A DNA stretch of 64,000 nt from Candidatus Eiseniibacteriota bacterium (GTDB lineage: Bacteria > Eisenbacteria > RBG-16-71-46). The position numbers and the translations under genes are program-made. Position 1 is the stretch's first letter. The number at the start of each line of letters is the position of its first letter. Location: positions 1-64,000 of the forward strand of contig CAVZLN010000006.1 of NCBI GenBank assembly GCA_963776245.1, in the 5' to 3' direction. This document shows, piece by piece, positions 1-11,258 of this stretch. Under the pieces are notes generated by a model. That model did no database searches. It was not told the DNA's origin and saw nothing but the letters and a program-made list of their open reading frames with translations.

Positions 1-3000
1 GTACGCACGGCGATCATCCCCCACCCCACGCGTGCCGTGTCACCCGGGAGCCAATGCTGGAAGCGCGAGGGAGTCAGGCCCGGACATCACCGTCGCCGCG
101 TCCGACTGAACGCGCACGTAGCCGCCGACGGAAGTACCGGCACCCGATTCGTCCATACCCCCTCCACGCGGAATGGCCAGCCCACCGCGACGGAGTCAGG
201 AACGACGATCTGACTCAGCCGGACGTACGGCACGGCCGACGTCGTGAACAGCGAAGTCGCGGCCTCGCTCACGGCCTGCGCGCTGCCGCCCCCGGGCAAT
301 CGCCAGGTCCACATCGTCGAGCACTTGCTGGCGCACGATGGGATCCGTCGGGTGACTCGAGCCACGTCACCGCCACCGCTGAGAGAAACAGCCTCGCCGC
401 CCGCGCCGATTCCGTGGCAAGATGCGAAGCAGTTCTCATCGAATCGAATCCCACGACCGAGTAGAGCGCCTCCCCGCTCGCGGCACTCATCGGCGATCCG
501 GCCAGGGAGGTCGCCCGATCCAGGCTTGCGCAGGCATCGAGCAACCGATCGAGCGCACTGGCGGCGGCAGTCGTGTCGCCAGCCTGAACGACAAGGGCGA
601 GTTCTCTGGCGAGCGCGTCGAAGTCCGAATTCGTGGCCGTTTGTGTCTCGAGCAGGCGCGCCCACAGCGGCGCGGAAGGAGGCTGGCCCGCCCGCGGTCG
701 GCCTGCCGCATCCTCCCGGGCTCCCGCTACAGGCGCCATGGCCAGCGGGCTGCCAAACACCGCCTGCACGAGACCGCCGGGCAACGGCTTCAAGCGGTTG
801 TAGCCGTCCAGTGCGGTGGACATGCCTTCTTGATAGTTGGCTGCGGCCCAGAAGTTGGCGGTCACGGAAGCCACGGCGGCATAGAGACCGATGGCGGGCA
901 CTCGAGCGAGATCCGCAATCGAGGCGAACAACCCCCAGTTATCGCCCGACTGCCTGAAGGTCGATGAGGCGTCGTCGTAGCTCTGGGACGTGATCCTGGC
1001 AGCGGAGAGTTGTGCCTCGGCGTTGTTCCATGCCTGGCCGGCAGTCTTGATCACCGGCGCGTGTGCGCGAGCTGACTGCCAGCTCAAGCGCGGGCTGGCC
1101 ACTTGGCCTTGACGTAGGTCGTACCAAGCACGAGGGCGTTCGCGGGGGCTCGAAGCACGGGATCCAGGAGGTCTGCAAACAGATCGCCCTTGCCGTAGTC
1201 GTCGTCCCAGCTTCGCGCTGATCGCCTTGCCGATGAGGCCCGCGGCGTCCACGACCGTTGAGCGAGTCTTCGAGTCGAGTCCATTCGGAACCTTGTCCAG
1301 GGCGGTCTCGACCGACTGATCAAGGTGGTCGAGCAGCGTCTTGATGGTTGACTGGATCCACTTCTTCGGGATGACCCTGACAAGATGGTGCTCTTGATCA
1401 TAGGCGTGGAGGACCTCTGATCACTCCGAAGGGCAGGCTCGCCATCGAAAGCAGGTTCTGGCTGGCATCGTCCACAAGAGTGTAGGCACCCAGCACAGGG
1501 TCCCCACCACAATGCTGTTCACAGTAGACAGGATCGTAGTGGTAGAGGCGTACCGACGCGCGGGTGAAGACAAGGAGCCGAGCGACAGCCGCGGTGTCCG
1601 CAGATCGTCGCCTCGTCCAGGAACTGCTCGGCGGCCGCGATGTCGTACTCCGGGGTGACTTGCCAGGTCCATGCATTGAGCAAGCCCGGGACCGAGAGGT
1701 CCTTCAGCGCCTGGAGGTAGTAGCGCGTCTCTGCCTTCAGACCCGCGAGCGCGTCGCCCCACAGCGGCACGTGAGTGCTCGCCTGCGGAAGGCCGGCGGC
1801 CGTGATCGTGAGATCGGCAGTACCCTCCGTGCTGCCAGCGGTCAACGTGCCCGTCCAATGCCCGCCGCCGGTCGAACCACTGGTCGGACTCAGGCTCGCC
1901 GGGCCGCTTACACTGACGCTCACAGAGCGGCCAGCGTCGGTGGACACCAGCACGCCACCGGCATCCACGATGCTCGCGGTGAGGGTCGCCTGGCTGGAAC
2001 CGTCAGCCGGCAGACTCGATGGCAGCACCACCGCGGACACCGCGGCGGCCGGGCCCGTGGGCGGTTCACGACCTCGTAAGGCTGAGCCACAGACGGCACG
2101 GTCGAGGGCGATGTGACGACGCACTGGATGGTGTGAGCGCCCGCCACGCTGGTTGGCAGCGGCGGTGACTCCGTGGAGATGTGTTCTGCGTCAGCCGGCA
2201 CGAAACGAGAACGACTGCCAGTCGGTCGCCGTCCACCTTCCAGGTGCCCTGCACCGAGCCGCTGTGTTCGCCGATGATCCTCGCAGTCGCCGTCGACGGA
2301 ACTATTCAAGCCGAACTTCACGTTGCCTGCCGGATTCTCGATCACGACGCCCGTAAGGGGACCCGTCGAGCGCGAGTAGTGAAAGGACTCGACTGCGCTC
2401 TCGGCGCCCAAGCCGCTCGAGTTGGCGGGGATGACCTTCCAGTAGAGTGTCGCGTCGCCTCCGGGCAGGATCACTTGGGCCGTCGTCTGGGCCAGACCGT
2501 CCAACGCCCATGTCGCACTACTGCCCGCCGGGAAACCGCTCGACGAGGTCGAGTAGACGATCCGGTAGCGGGTGGCTCCGGCGGCTTGGTTCCACGCGAA
2601 TGCCACGACTGACGTGCTGACCGTCGATCCGCCGACGGGTGCAACCAGCACCGGCTGAGCAGGGAGTGCCGACGAGGCGGAGAGCGCAAACGCACGCGCC
2701 GTGGACGCTGGCCCCTCGATGCCGGCGGCATCAATTGCTGTGGCGGTCCAGTAGTAGGTGGAGCCGACGACGACGCCCGGTATCCCGGCTGGAACAACGG
2801 CAGAGGCCGCGGCCGACACCCCTGAAGCCCAGAGCGGGCTGCTCAGAGCAGGATCGGCCCCGATCATCATTCGATAAGTGGCTGCCCCTGTGACCGTGCT
2901 CCACGAGAATGTCTCCGGAAGCGCAACTATAGCGAGATTGGTCGGCGCCGCGAGCGTGGGCCGGCGAGACTCGACGCTCCCGAGGCTCGGAGAGAAGTGC

Positions 3001-4435
3001 CGTGGCGGGGCGTAGGCCGTCCACTGCCCTGAGACGAGGGCGCGGACCGACCAGTAGTAGCCGACACCGGAGGAGAGCGGGGCCCCTGAGTACGTGACTC
3101 CTGTGGAACCAGCGGTGAGCTGGGCTGTCCAGATGGGACTCTGGAGCAGAGGGTCCGTAGCGACGACCACGCTATAGGCGGTCGCGATGCCGATTCCCTG
3201 CCAGACGAACTGCGGTGAACTGGAGATTGCGCTGCCGTCCGCTGGAGATTGAAGGGCCGGGGCTGAAGCCAGACCACTCAGGTTGAGCAGCACCGAGACC
3301 GTGTTGGAGCTGCGTTCGCCACCGCCAGGTCGGGTTTCCCGTCCGCGTTCAGGTCCCCGATTGCCACCGAGTGGGGCTAGCTCCCGGTGCCGTAGTCGCT
3401 CTTCGTGCCGAAGGTCCCATCGCCGTTGCCGAGCAGCACCGAGACCGTGTTGGAGCCGTCGTTCGCCACCGCCAGGTCGGGTTTTCCGTCCCCGTTCAGG
3501 TCCCCGATCGCCACCGAGAAGGGCTGGCGTCCCGGTCCCGTAGTCGTCTTCGCCCCGAAGGTCGCCGTTGCCGTTGCCGAGCAGCACCGAGACCGTGGCG
3601 CTGCATCGGCGGTTCGCCACCGCCAGGTCGGGCTTGCCGTCGCCGTTCAGGTCGCCGATCGCCACGCGACTGGGGACCGTGCCGGTCGCGTAAGTCGGTC
3701 TTCGTCTCGAAGGTGCCGTTGCCGTTGCCGAGCAGCACCGGACACGGTGTCGTGGAGCGAGTTCGCCACCGCCAGGTCGGGCTTCCCGTCCCCGTTCAGG
3801 TCCCCGATCGCCACGGAGCTCGGGATCGCCCCGGTCGCGTAGTCGTCTTCGCCCCGAAGGTCCCGTTGCCGTTGCCGAGCAGCACCGAGACCGTGTTGGC
3901 AGCTGCAGTTCGCCACCGCCAGGTCGGGCTTCCCGTCCCCGTTCAGAGTCCCCGATCGCCACCGAGTAGGGACTAGCTCCCGGTCGCGTAGTCGCTCTTC
4001 GTCCCGAAGGTCCCGTTGCCGTTGCCGAGCAGCACCGAGACCGTGTTGGAGCGGAGTTCGCCACCGCCAGGTCGGGCTTCCCGTCCCCGTTCAGAGTCCC
4101 CGATCGCCACGGAGTTGGGAAGCTCCCGGTCGCGAAGTCGCGTCTTCGCCCCGAAGGTCCCGTTGCCGTTGCCGAGCAGCACCGAGACCGTGTTGGAGCC
4201 GACGTTCGCCACCGCCAGGTCGGGCTTCCCGTCCCCGTTCAGGTCCCCGATCGCCACCGAGAGTGGGGGCGCTCCCGGTGTCGAACGAGAAGGAATGCTG
4301 CGGCGAAGAGCGGGGCGTCGGCGCGAGCAGCGGCAGCCGAGCCACCAATCACGAGGAGGACGAGGGACGAGAAGGGCCACGGCGCGGCGGGCGAACTCGC
4401 GCCCGGAGGGGCGGCGAGGAATCCAAGCGAATCAT
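1..4435 (-). CDS. Large secreted modular protein: 7 FG-GAP/VCBS repeats, FN3/Ig-like domains, Big_1-like domain, helical region (frameshifted, runs off the window)
   Basis: Pieces in several frames: signal-like LVLLVIGGSAAAARADAP; repeated SVAIGDLNGDGKPDLAVAN..NTVSVLLGNGNGTFG; APALQSPADG...YYWSVRA FN3-like units; LPADGSSQATLTASIVDAGG. ATG at 4435. Confidence 0.75.
3283..4290 (-). repeat. Seven tandem ~147-150 bp FG-GAP coding repeats
   Basis: The agcagcaccg motif recurs at about 3285, 3432, 3580, 3731, 3878, 4028 and 4175. Confidence 0.9.
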
Positions 4436-4889
4436 GAGCGACCTGCGCTGCCGCAGGTGGGGCGAGTTCCGCGGCAGGAGCGGCTGCCCCAACACGGAGA
4501 CGTGCGACGAATCCCAGAGCATCATGGGGCAAGCTTCCCGGGGGGCCAGGAGCAGTCGGGAAGTCACCCCGCAACTCCTCAACGTTAGCACTTTCGTGCC
4601 TATTCACGCCAGGCGCGGGGTCGCGACGCGCATCGCCCGCGCGGTCGGGATCGTCCCGATTCTCGCGCGCCTATCGCACGCACTTTCGAACCGCGGAGGT
4701 CGACCACCCAGCCGATACCCGCACGCCACGGGGACGGCAATGGCGATGGCGCCGGCGCCACACCGGCCGCGCCGGCGCTACGTTCGTCAGCCCCAACATC
4801 CGCACGGCGAGCCTCGCCGCTCGCGCCGCAAGGCCGCGGACGAGACGCCGGCCCGAGGCTGTGCGGCGTGCACATGCATGGACTTCGCC

Positions 4890-6772
4890 TCACCGCCGCC
4901 AGGCGTTGATCCAATCGTTCCGCAGCGGTCGCACCAGGCGCGGCCGGGCCTGTGGCGCTTGCTCCGAAGCCGCGGCCTCGCCCTTCTCCACCGCCCGCGC
5001 GAACCTCGCCGCCCGCGCCGCCAGCCCGCGGATGAACGCCTGCCCGAGGATGTGCAGCGCCGCCAGCGCGTAGACCTCGAGGTCGAGCGCCTCGTTGCGC
5101 TCGCGCAGCTTGATCCACTCGCGCACCGCTCCCCGGCCCTTCACGTACTTGCGGATCGCCTTCTCGGCGGTGAGCTGCTCGAGGTACTCCTCGTCGACCC
5201 ACTCGGGCAGGTGCACGTACCCGGGCCCGCGCGTCGCGATCCGCAGCCGCGAGAACACGATGTCCTTCCCCGTGTCGACGCAGAGCACGAACAGCGGCAC
5301 GTCGGTAGCGGTTGTGCTTCGACGGGCGATCCGACCAGCGGCCGGCCCGCGACGCTGCCGCCCTTGATCGGGAACACGCGCCGGCCGAGCCGCGCGCGGG
5401 CGAACCGGTAGACGTGCTCGGTGTGCGCACCGCCGGAGTCGACCACGGTGCACTCGACCCGCAGCTTCTGCCCGCTCTCGTGGTCGAACGTCTGGCCGAG
5501 GAACTTGTCGAGGTCGAACCAGACCGCCTGGCGTCGCGGGGTCGCCGTGGAGCTGGGTGAACGCGATCAGCCAGGACTCCTCGCCGGCGCCGTAGCCCTT
5601 GACGACCGCCTCGAGGCGATCGCCCTGCACGTCGACCGCGGCGACGAGCACGCCGACCCCGCTCGGCACCTCGGCCGGGTAGCGCTCGAGCCGCGTCAGC
5701 AGCGAGCCCGCGGCGACCGAGTCGCCGCGCTCCTCCCAGGTCTCGCCCAGCACCGTGTTGACCCAGGTCTTGAGCCGGAACGGATCCTCCTTCGCCTGCA
5801 GGAACTCCGCGGCGCACCGGGCCCACGACTTCCAGCCCAGCGGCGAGTAGAGCGCCGAGAGGTGAAAGCCCGCGGTGCGGCTCTCGCTCGTCGGCCGTGG
5901 GGCGCCACTCGCCGCGGGCCAGCATCTCGGTCTTGTGCCGCTCCTCGACGCGCCCGCCGCAGCGACCGCAGACCATGTGCGCGGTCTCGGGGTGCCCCTC
6001 CTCCCACTCGATCCGGTGGTGCTCGGGTCCGCGCCAGAGCAGGTAGTCCAGGTGCCCGCAGAGCGGGCAGGGACGAAGTAGCGCCGCTGGTCGCTCGCCA
6101 GGTACTCGCGCTCGATCCGCGAGAGGCCCTTCACCGTCGGCGTGCTGGTCAGCAGGACCTTCCGCCGCGAGAACGTCGCGGTGCGCTTCTCGGCGAGCGC
6201 CACCGGGTCGCCCTGGCCGTCGACGTCGCCCGGGTACTCGTCGACCTCGTCCATGAACAGGAACCGGATCGGCATCGAGCGCAGGCCGGCGCCCGGAGTT
6301 GGCGCCGGTGATGATCAGCAGCCCGCCCTCGAATTCCTTCACCTGGACGGTGTTCCCGCTGTCGCGCGAGCGCGACTCGGCCACCCGCTCGCGCAGCACC
6401 GGGCTCGCCTCGATCATCGGCGCGATGCGCTGCTTGCTGACGCGCTTGGCGACCTCGACGGTGGGCTGGACCATCAGCATCGGCCCCGGGCAGCGGTGGA
6501 TCACGTAGCCGATCCAGTTGTTCCCGCACTCGGTCTTGCCGATCTGGGCGCCCGACATGATCACCACGCGCTCGGCCGGGTTCGAGGGCGAGAGCGCATC
6601 CATGATCTCGCCCAGGTAGGGCGTGCGTGAGGTGCGCCAGTGCCCGGGCTCGGCCGAGGCCACCTCGCTCAGGATGCGATGCTCGTCGGCCCACTCGGAG
6701 ATGGTCGAGTCGGGGTCCGGGGCCGAGCCCGGCGGCGAACGCTCGCGCGGAGATCTCAATCGCCGTGGTCAC
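4890..6772 (-). CDS. terL: Phage terminase large subunit, GpA family (frameshifted)
   Basis: Motifs ISEWADEHRIL, WRTSRTPYL, SGAQIGKTE (Walker A-like), FLFMDEVDEYP (Walker B), STPT, GFHLSALYSPLGW, VDVQGDRLE and RNEALDLEVYALAA across ORFs 4600-6759 and 4890-6275. Confidence 0.93.
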
Positions 6773-7319
6773 GAGACAGTGCCTCCAGAGCCGCCTGGCG
6801 CAGCTCGGCGGTCAGGGTGCGGTGGATGTCGGCGGGCTCGTCCTTCGCCGGCGAGGACCGGCGCCAGGCGATCCGGCAGCGACAGGATGGCCTCGCGGAC
6901 GCGCCGTCCGACCGTGAAGCTTCGACCCGGACGTCGTCACCGCGACCAGCGTGCCGGACAGGCGCTCGAACTCGAGCTCGCGGTCGGGCGCGGTAGGTCT
7001 CGTGCAGCGTGCGCGCGGCCTGGTAGCCGGACCGGCGCGGTGCCCCGTTCGCGCAAGGCGACGCCAGCCGCGTCCTCCAGCCCGGCGACGCCGATGGGGT
7101 CCGAGGCGGCCCGGGCGCGCGGTGCTGGGCACCCCGGAGACGCTGTTGCGCGGCTTGGACTCGTCGGTGTTGGCCGCCCACGCGCGGTCGGCGCGCCTCC
7201 GGGTCCACCTTGCCGCCCGGCCGCGACCGGGATGCGCCCCGCGGCGATCGCCTTCTGGACCGCCGGGTGCGTGACCCCGCGGTGGCGGGCGTAGGCCGCT
7301 GGCTGATGGGAGCCCCCAT
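6756..7319 (-). CDS. Putative terminase small subunit (frameshifted)
   Basis: MGAPISQR..YARHRGVTHPAVQKAIAAGRI (HTH-like start), GKVDPE..ADRAWAANTD and a coiled-coil middle. Overlaps the terL start and is preceded by GGAGG. Confidence 0.7.
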   Translation of the reverse strand: MGAPISQRPTPATAGSRTRRSRRRSPRGASRSRPGGKVDPEARRPRVGGQHRRVQAAQQRLRGAQHRAPGPPRTPSASPGWRTRLASPCANGAPRRSGYQAARTLHETYRARPRARVRAPVRHAGRGDDVRVEASRSDGASARPSCRCRIAWRRSSPAKDEPADIHRTLTAELRQAALEALSRDHGD

Positions 7320-7329
7320 GCTGCCTCCG

Positions 7330-8679
7330 CTACTCCCCGACGCCGCGAGCACAGCCGCGACCTCGGCGAACGGCTGCTCGCCCGCCCAGCGGGCGATGCC
7401 ACCGGTGGCGTCCTGCCAGCGGCGGACGATCACGTCCACGAACCGCGGGTCGATCTCGACCAGCCGCGCCCGGAGCCCGAGCGCATCGCAGGCCATCAGG
7501 GTCGAGCCCGAGCCGCCGAACGGGTCCAGCACGTGAGCGCCCGCCGGGCGCGCTGTTGCGCAGCATCTGCGCGACCAGCCCGACCGGCTTCATGGTCGGG
7601 TGCTCGGGGTCGAGGTCGGCCGGTCCTCGTCGATCACCGTGCCGGCGGCTCACGTGAGGTCTCGCCGCGCACGATGAGCGTGGTCTCCCCAGCACGATCT
7701 GCCACTCGTGCTCCCCACCTGCTGAACGGCGGCCGTCGACTCGGAGTGACTTGTCGCGGCCCCGAGCCAGGTGCGGCAGCGCCGGGCTTCCAGCCGTAGA
7801 GGATCGGCTCGTGCAGCCAGTGGTAGTCGAAGCGCCAGAGCGTGAACGCGTTCTTGCGCCAGATCAGGCACGACGAGAGGTAGAACCCCGCCTCCTTGAA
7901 CGCCGTGCGGAAGGAGAAGCCCCCGGTGTCCGGGTGCGCGACGTAGATCGGGGCCCCGGGTCGCATCGACTCGAGACCGCGGCGAACGCGCCGCGGAACG
8001 CCGCGAACTCGTCGATCGGACAGCGCGTCGTTCTGGATCGTCCCGGCGCTCGCCCTCGTAGGACCGACGTTGTACGGCGGGTCGGTCCACACGCAGTCGG
8101 CCGAGCTGGCCCTCGAGCACGCGCCGGAGGTCCTCGAGCTGCGTGGCGTCGCCGCACAGGACGCGGTGCTCGCCCAGGTGCCAGAGGTCGCCGCGGCGCG
8201 TGACGGGCTCGGCGGGCAGCGGCGGGAGCGGCGGCTCCTCGACTACTCGGCGGCGTGAGACGCTCGCCAGGATCTCCGCGATCTCCTCCTCGCTGAACCC
8301 GGTGATGCCCAGGTCGAAGCCGAGGCTGCCCGAGGGCCGGCAGCTCCTCGGCCAGCATGCTCGTTCGACCAGCCGGCGTTCAGCGCGATCTTGTTGTCCG
8401 CGATGATGAACGCCCGCCGCTGGACCGGCGTCAGGTGCCGCTCCTCGACCACCGGCACCAGCGGCAGCCCGAGGCGCAGCGGCCGCCAGGTAGCGGCCGT
8501 TGCCCGCCACGATCTCGCCGGGTCTCGCCGTTCACCATGATCGGCCACAGGAAGCCGAACTCGCGCATGCTGGCCGCGATCTCGGCGATCTGCTCGTCCG
8601 AGTGCGTGCGCGGGTTGCGCGCGAGCGGGACCAGCCGCTCGGTCTTCCACAGCTCGATCCGGGTGATGATCATCGGCAC
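7330..8679 (-). CDS. ParB-N-domain-fused N6/N4 DNA methyltransferase, beta class (frameshifted)
   Basis: ParB-like LARNPRTHSDEQIAEIAASMREFGF...IIADNKIALNAGW, then GEHRVLCGD, motif IV WTDPPYNV, HPTMKPV and motif I LDPFGGSGST. Confidence 0.9.
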
Positions 8680-8781
8680 GATGGCGAGCGCGTCCTGGAT
8701 GGCCGTGCGCGCCGCGGCACCGCTCAGGCGCGCGTCCCCGGCGGCGTCGGGGGTGGACCGGCGCCGAGGCGGCGATATCGT

Positions 8782-8923
8782 CTTTCTGAACCGTCACACC
8801 GTCACACGCCGCGATTGGCGCGGCTGCGGTGGCTTTCTGAACCGTCACAGCCCCAATTCCTGTTACGGTTCGAAAAGTGGGTTCCGACCGCGCGGGCCGC
8901 GGGTTGTTACGGTGTGACGGTTC
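8782..8923. repeat. Symmetric iteron-like array of ACCGT(C/A)ACA motifs
   Basis: ctttctgaaccgtcaca at 8782-8798 and 8833-8849, an extra accgtcaca at 8798-8806, and inverted copies at 8861-8877, 8905-8913 and 8913-8923. Confidence 0.75.
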
Positions 8924-9079
8924 GGAGGCCCCTTTACCGCCCCCCGCGCGCACGCGAGCGCACGCGAGCCTCCTGCGGGCGGCACCTACCGGTTGCGCGG
9001 TTGCGTGAGCATCGCCGGGGATGGAGCCCCCCTCCCCCGGCGGGTCCGTCTCCGTCACTACCCTGTGACCCTTGGACAC

Positions 9080-9177
9080 TGGAAACCTCCCTGGTCTGGA
9101 AACTTGCGTGGAAACTCCGCCGCTAGCGGGGCATCGCCGTCGCCGTCACCCGCATATTCATTGGCCCGGAAGGACCC
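9080..9177 (-). other. Lambda-like cos packaging site (cosQ/cosN/cosB-like)
   Basis: Minus strand reads GGGTCCT (9177-9171), 22 nt, TGACGGCGACGG (9148-9137), CGCTA, then three GTTTCCA repeats (9115-9109, 9103-9097, 9086-9080). Lies directly upstream of MTase-terS-terL. Confidence 0.6.
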
Positions 9178-9315
9178 ATGGACGGCACGGTGCCCACGAG
9201 CCAGGGCCGGCTACCGTGAACGTAGATTCCTTGCGAGGGAATTGCGCGGTCAGGCTATACTCAGGGTCGCGGCACCATTCGGCCAGCACACGTAACACCT
9301 CTCGGAGGCCGCTCC

Positions 9316-11024
9316 ATGCACAAGGCCACAGCGTTCTTCTTCGTCTGCGCGGGGCTGCTCGGTCTCGCGCTCCTGCTGCCGCGCCCCGCCGCTGCGGCCT
9401 GGCCGACCGATCCCACTCGTGAACGTGCCGATCTGCACCGCCACCGGCGATCAGTCGCATCCCACCATCGTCTCGGACGGCGCGGGCGGGGCCATCGTCA
9501 CCTGGTAGGACCACCGCAGCGGCACACTACGACATCTACGCCCAGCGGGTCTCGGCCGACGGCACGGTCCAGTGGACGGCCAACGGCGTGGCCCTCTGCA
9601 CCGCCACCGGCAACCAGGCGACCCCACCATCGTCTCGGACGGCGCGGGCGGGGCCATCGTCACCTGGACGGACTACCCGCAGCGGCACCGACGACATCTA
9701 CGCCCAGCGGATCTCGGCCGCTGGCACGGTCCAGTGGACGGCCAACGGCGTGGCCCTCTGCACCGCCACCGGCGATCAGGCGTACCCCACCATCGTCTCG
9801 GACGGCGCGGGCGGGGCCATCGTCACCTGGGAGGACTACCGCAGCGGCACGACTCCGACATCTACGCCCAGCGGATCTCGGCCGCTGGCACGGTCCAGTG
9901 GACGGCCAACGGCGTGGCCCTCTGCACCGCCACCGGCGATCAGCACGACCCCACCATCGTCTCGGACGGCGCGGGCGGGGCCATCGTCACCTGGGAGGAC
10001 GACCGCAGCGGCACCGACTACGACATCTACGCCCAGCGGATCTCGGCCGCTGGCACGGTCCAGTGGACGGCCAACGGCGTGGCCCTCTGCACCGCCACCG
10101 GCGATCAGATCGACCCCACCATCGTCTCGGACGGCGCGGGCGGGGCCATCGTCACCTGGGAGGACTACCGCAGCGGCACCGACTGCGACATCTACGCCCA
10201 GCGGATCTCGGCCGGCGGCACGGTCCAGTGGACGGCCGACGGCGTGGCCCTCTGCACCGCCACCGGCGATCAGCGTACCCCACCATCGTCTCGGACGGCG
10301 CGGGCGGGGCCATCGTCACCTGGAAGGACCACCGCAGCGGCACCAGCTACGACATCTACGCCCAGCGGATCTCGGCCGGTGGCACGGTCCAGTGGACGGC
10401 CAACGGCGTGGCCCTCTGCACCGCCACCGGCGACCAGTCCGTACCCCACCATCGCCTCGGACGGCGCGGGCGGGGCCATCGTCACCTGGCAGGACCGCCG
10501 CAGCGGCAACTACCGACATCTACGCCCAGCGGATCTCGGCCGGCGGCACGGTCCAGTGGACGGCCAACGGCGTGGCCCTCTGCACCGCCACCGGCGACCA
10601 GGGCCATCCCACCATCGTCTCGGACGGCGCGGGCGGGGCCATCGTCACCTGGCAGGACAACCGCAGCGGCAGCACTACGACATCTACGCCCAGCGCGTGC
10701 AGGCGAACGGCCAACTCGGCGGCGACGTCGGTGAGCGTGCCGGGCGAGGCCGCGCTCGCGTTCGCGCTCGATCCCGTGCGCCCGAATCCCACGCGCGGCG
10801 GCGCGCTGACGGTGCACTTCACGCTCGCGAGCGCGGCGGCCGCTTCGCTCGAACTGTTCGACGTCGCCGGGCGCCGCATCGCCGCGCGCGAGGTGGGCTC
10901 GCTCGGCGCGGGACGCCACACGCTCGACCTTGGCGAGGGCCAGCACCTCGCACCCGGGCTCTACCTGGTGTGCCTGCGGCAGGGCACGAACACGCGAGTG
11001 ACGCGGGTGGCGGTGCTCGAGTAG
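9316..11024 (+). CDS. Secreted protein with ~8 near-identical 55-aa repeats and a C-terminal FlgD/T9SS-like Ig domain (frameshifted)
   Basis: Signal peptide MHKATAFFFVCAGLLGLALLLPRPAAAAW; repeat DIYAQRISAAGTVQWTANGVALCTATGDQxxPTIVSDGAGGAIVTWxDxRSG; tail RPNPTRGG...APGLYLVCLRQG...VAVLE. Confidence 0.85.
9431..10710 (+). repeat. Tandem ~165-bp coding repeats (8 copies)
   Basis: gacatctacgcccagcg at about 9531, 9693, 9857, 10022, 10187, 10351, 10515 and 10679. Confidence 0.92.
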
Positions 11025-11200
11025 CGCGAGCGACGCCGAGCAGGAATCCGCTGCCGAGTTGGGGCCGCCATCGAGGCGCTGCACCGGCGACATGCCGGCG
11101 CAGGCGATCCGCCCCGCCATTGTGCTTCGTTTTGTGCTCGAACCATCGAGCACCATCGGTTTCTACGTGCTGGATGTGGTAACACCGCTCTCGCGTATGG

Positions 11201-11240
11201 TGGCCACACGTGGTCCATTGTGGCCAATGGTGGCCAGTGG
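11201..11240 (+). repeat. Four tandem 10-bp repeats, candidate integrase arm/Xis sites
   Basis: tggccacacg / tggtccattg / tggccaatgg / tggccagtgg, ending 18 bp inside the att core. A ttgtgct direct repeat also occurs at about 11120-11138. Confidence 0.55.
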
Positions 11241-11258
11241 TCTCACCCCGTCCCACCA

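Noticed and set aside
4440..4889. gpW or portal gene after terL
   Set aside because: No recognisable head-gene ORF; only short low-complexity frames.
9506..9508. In-frame TAG as stop-codon recoding
   Set aside because: It falls at a variable codon (GAG/AAG/CAG/ACG in other repeats) in an error-rich region, and TAG is a normal stop elsewhere in the window.
9431..10710. Regular repeats as a CRISPR array
   Set aside because: Units are 165-bp coding repeats with no unique spacers, and there are no cas genes.
9431..10710. Diversity-generating retroelement
   Set aside because: No reverse transcriptase and no separate template/variable repeat pair in the window; variation is not evidently adenine-specific.
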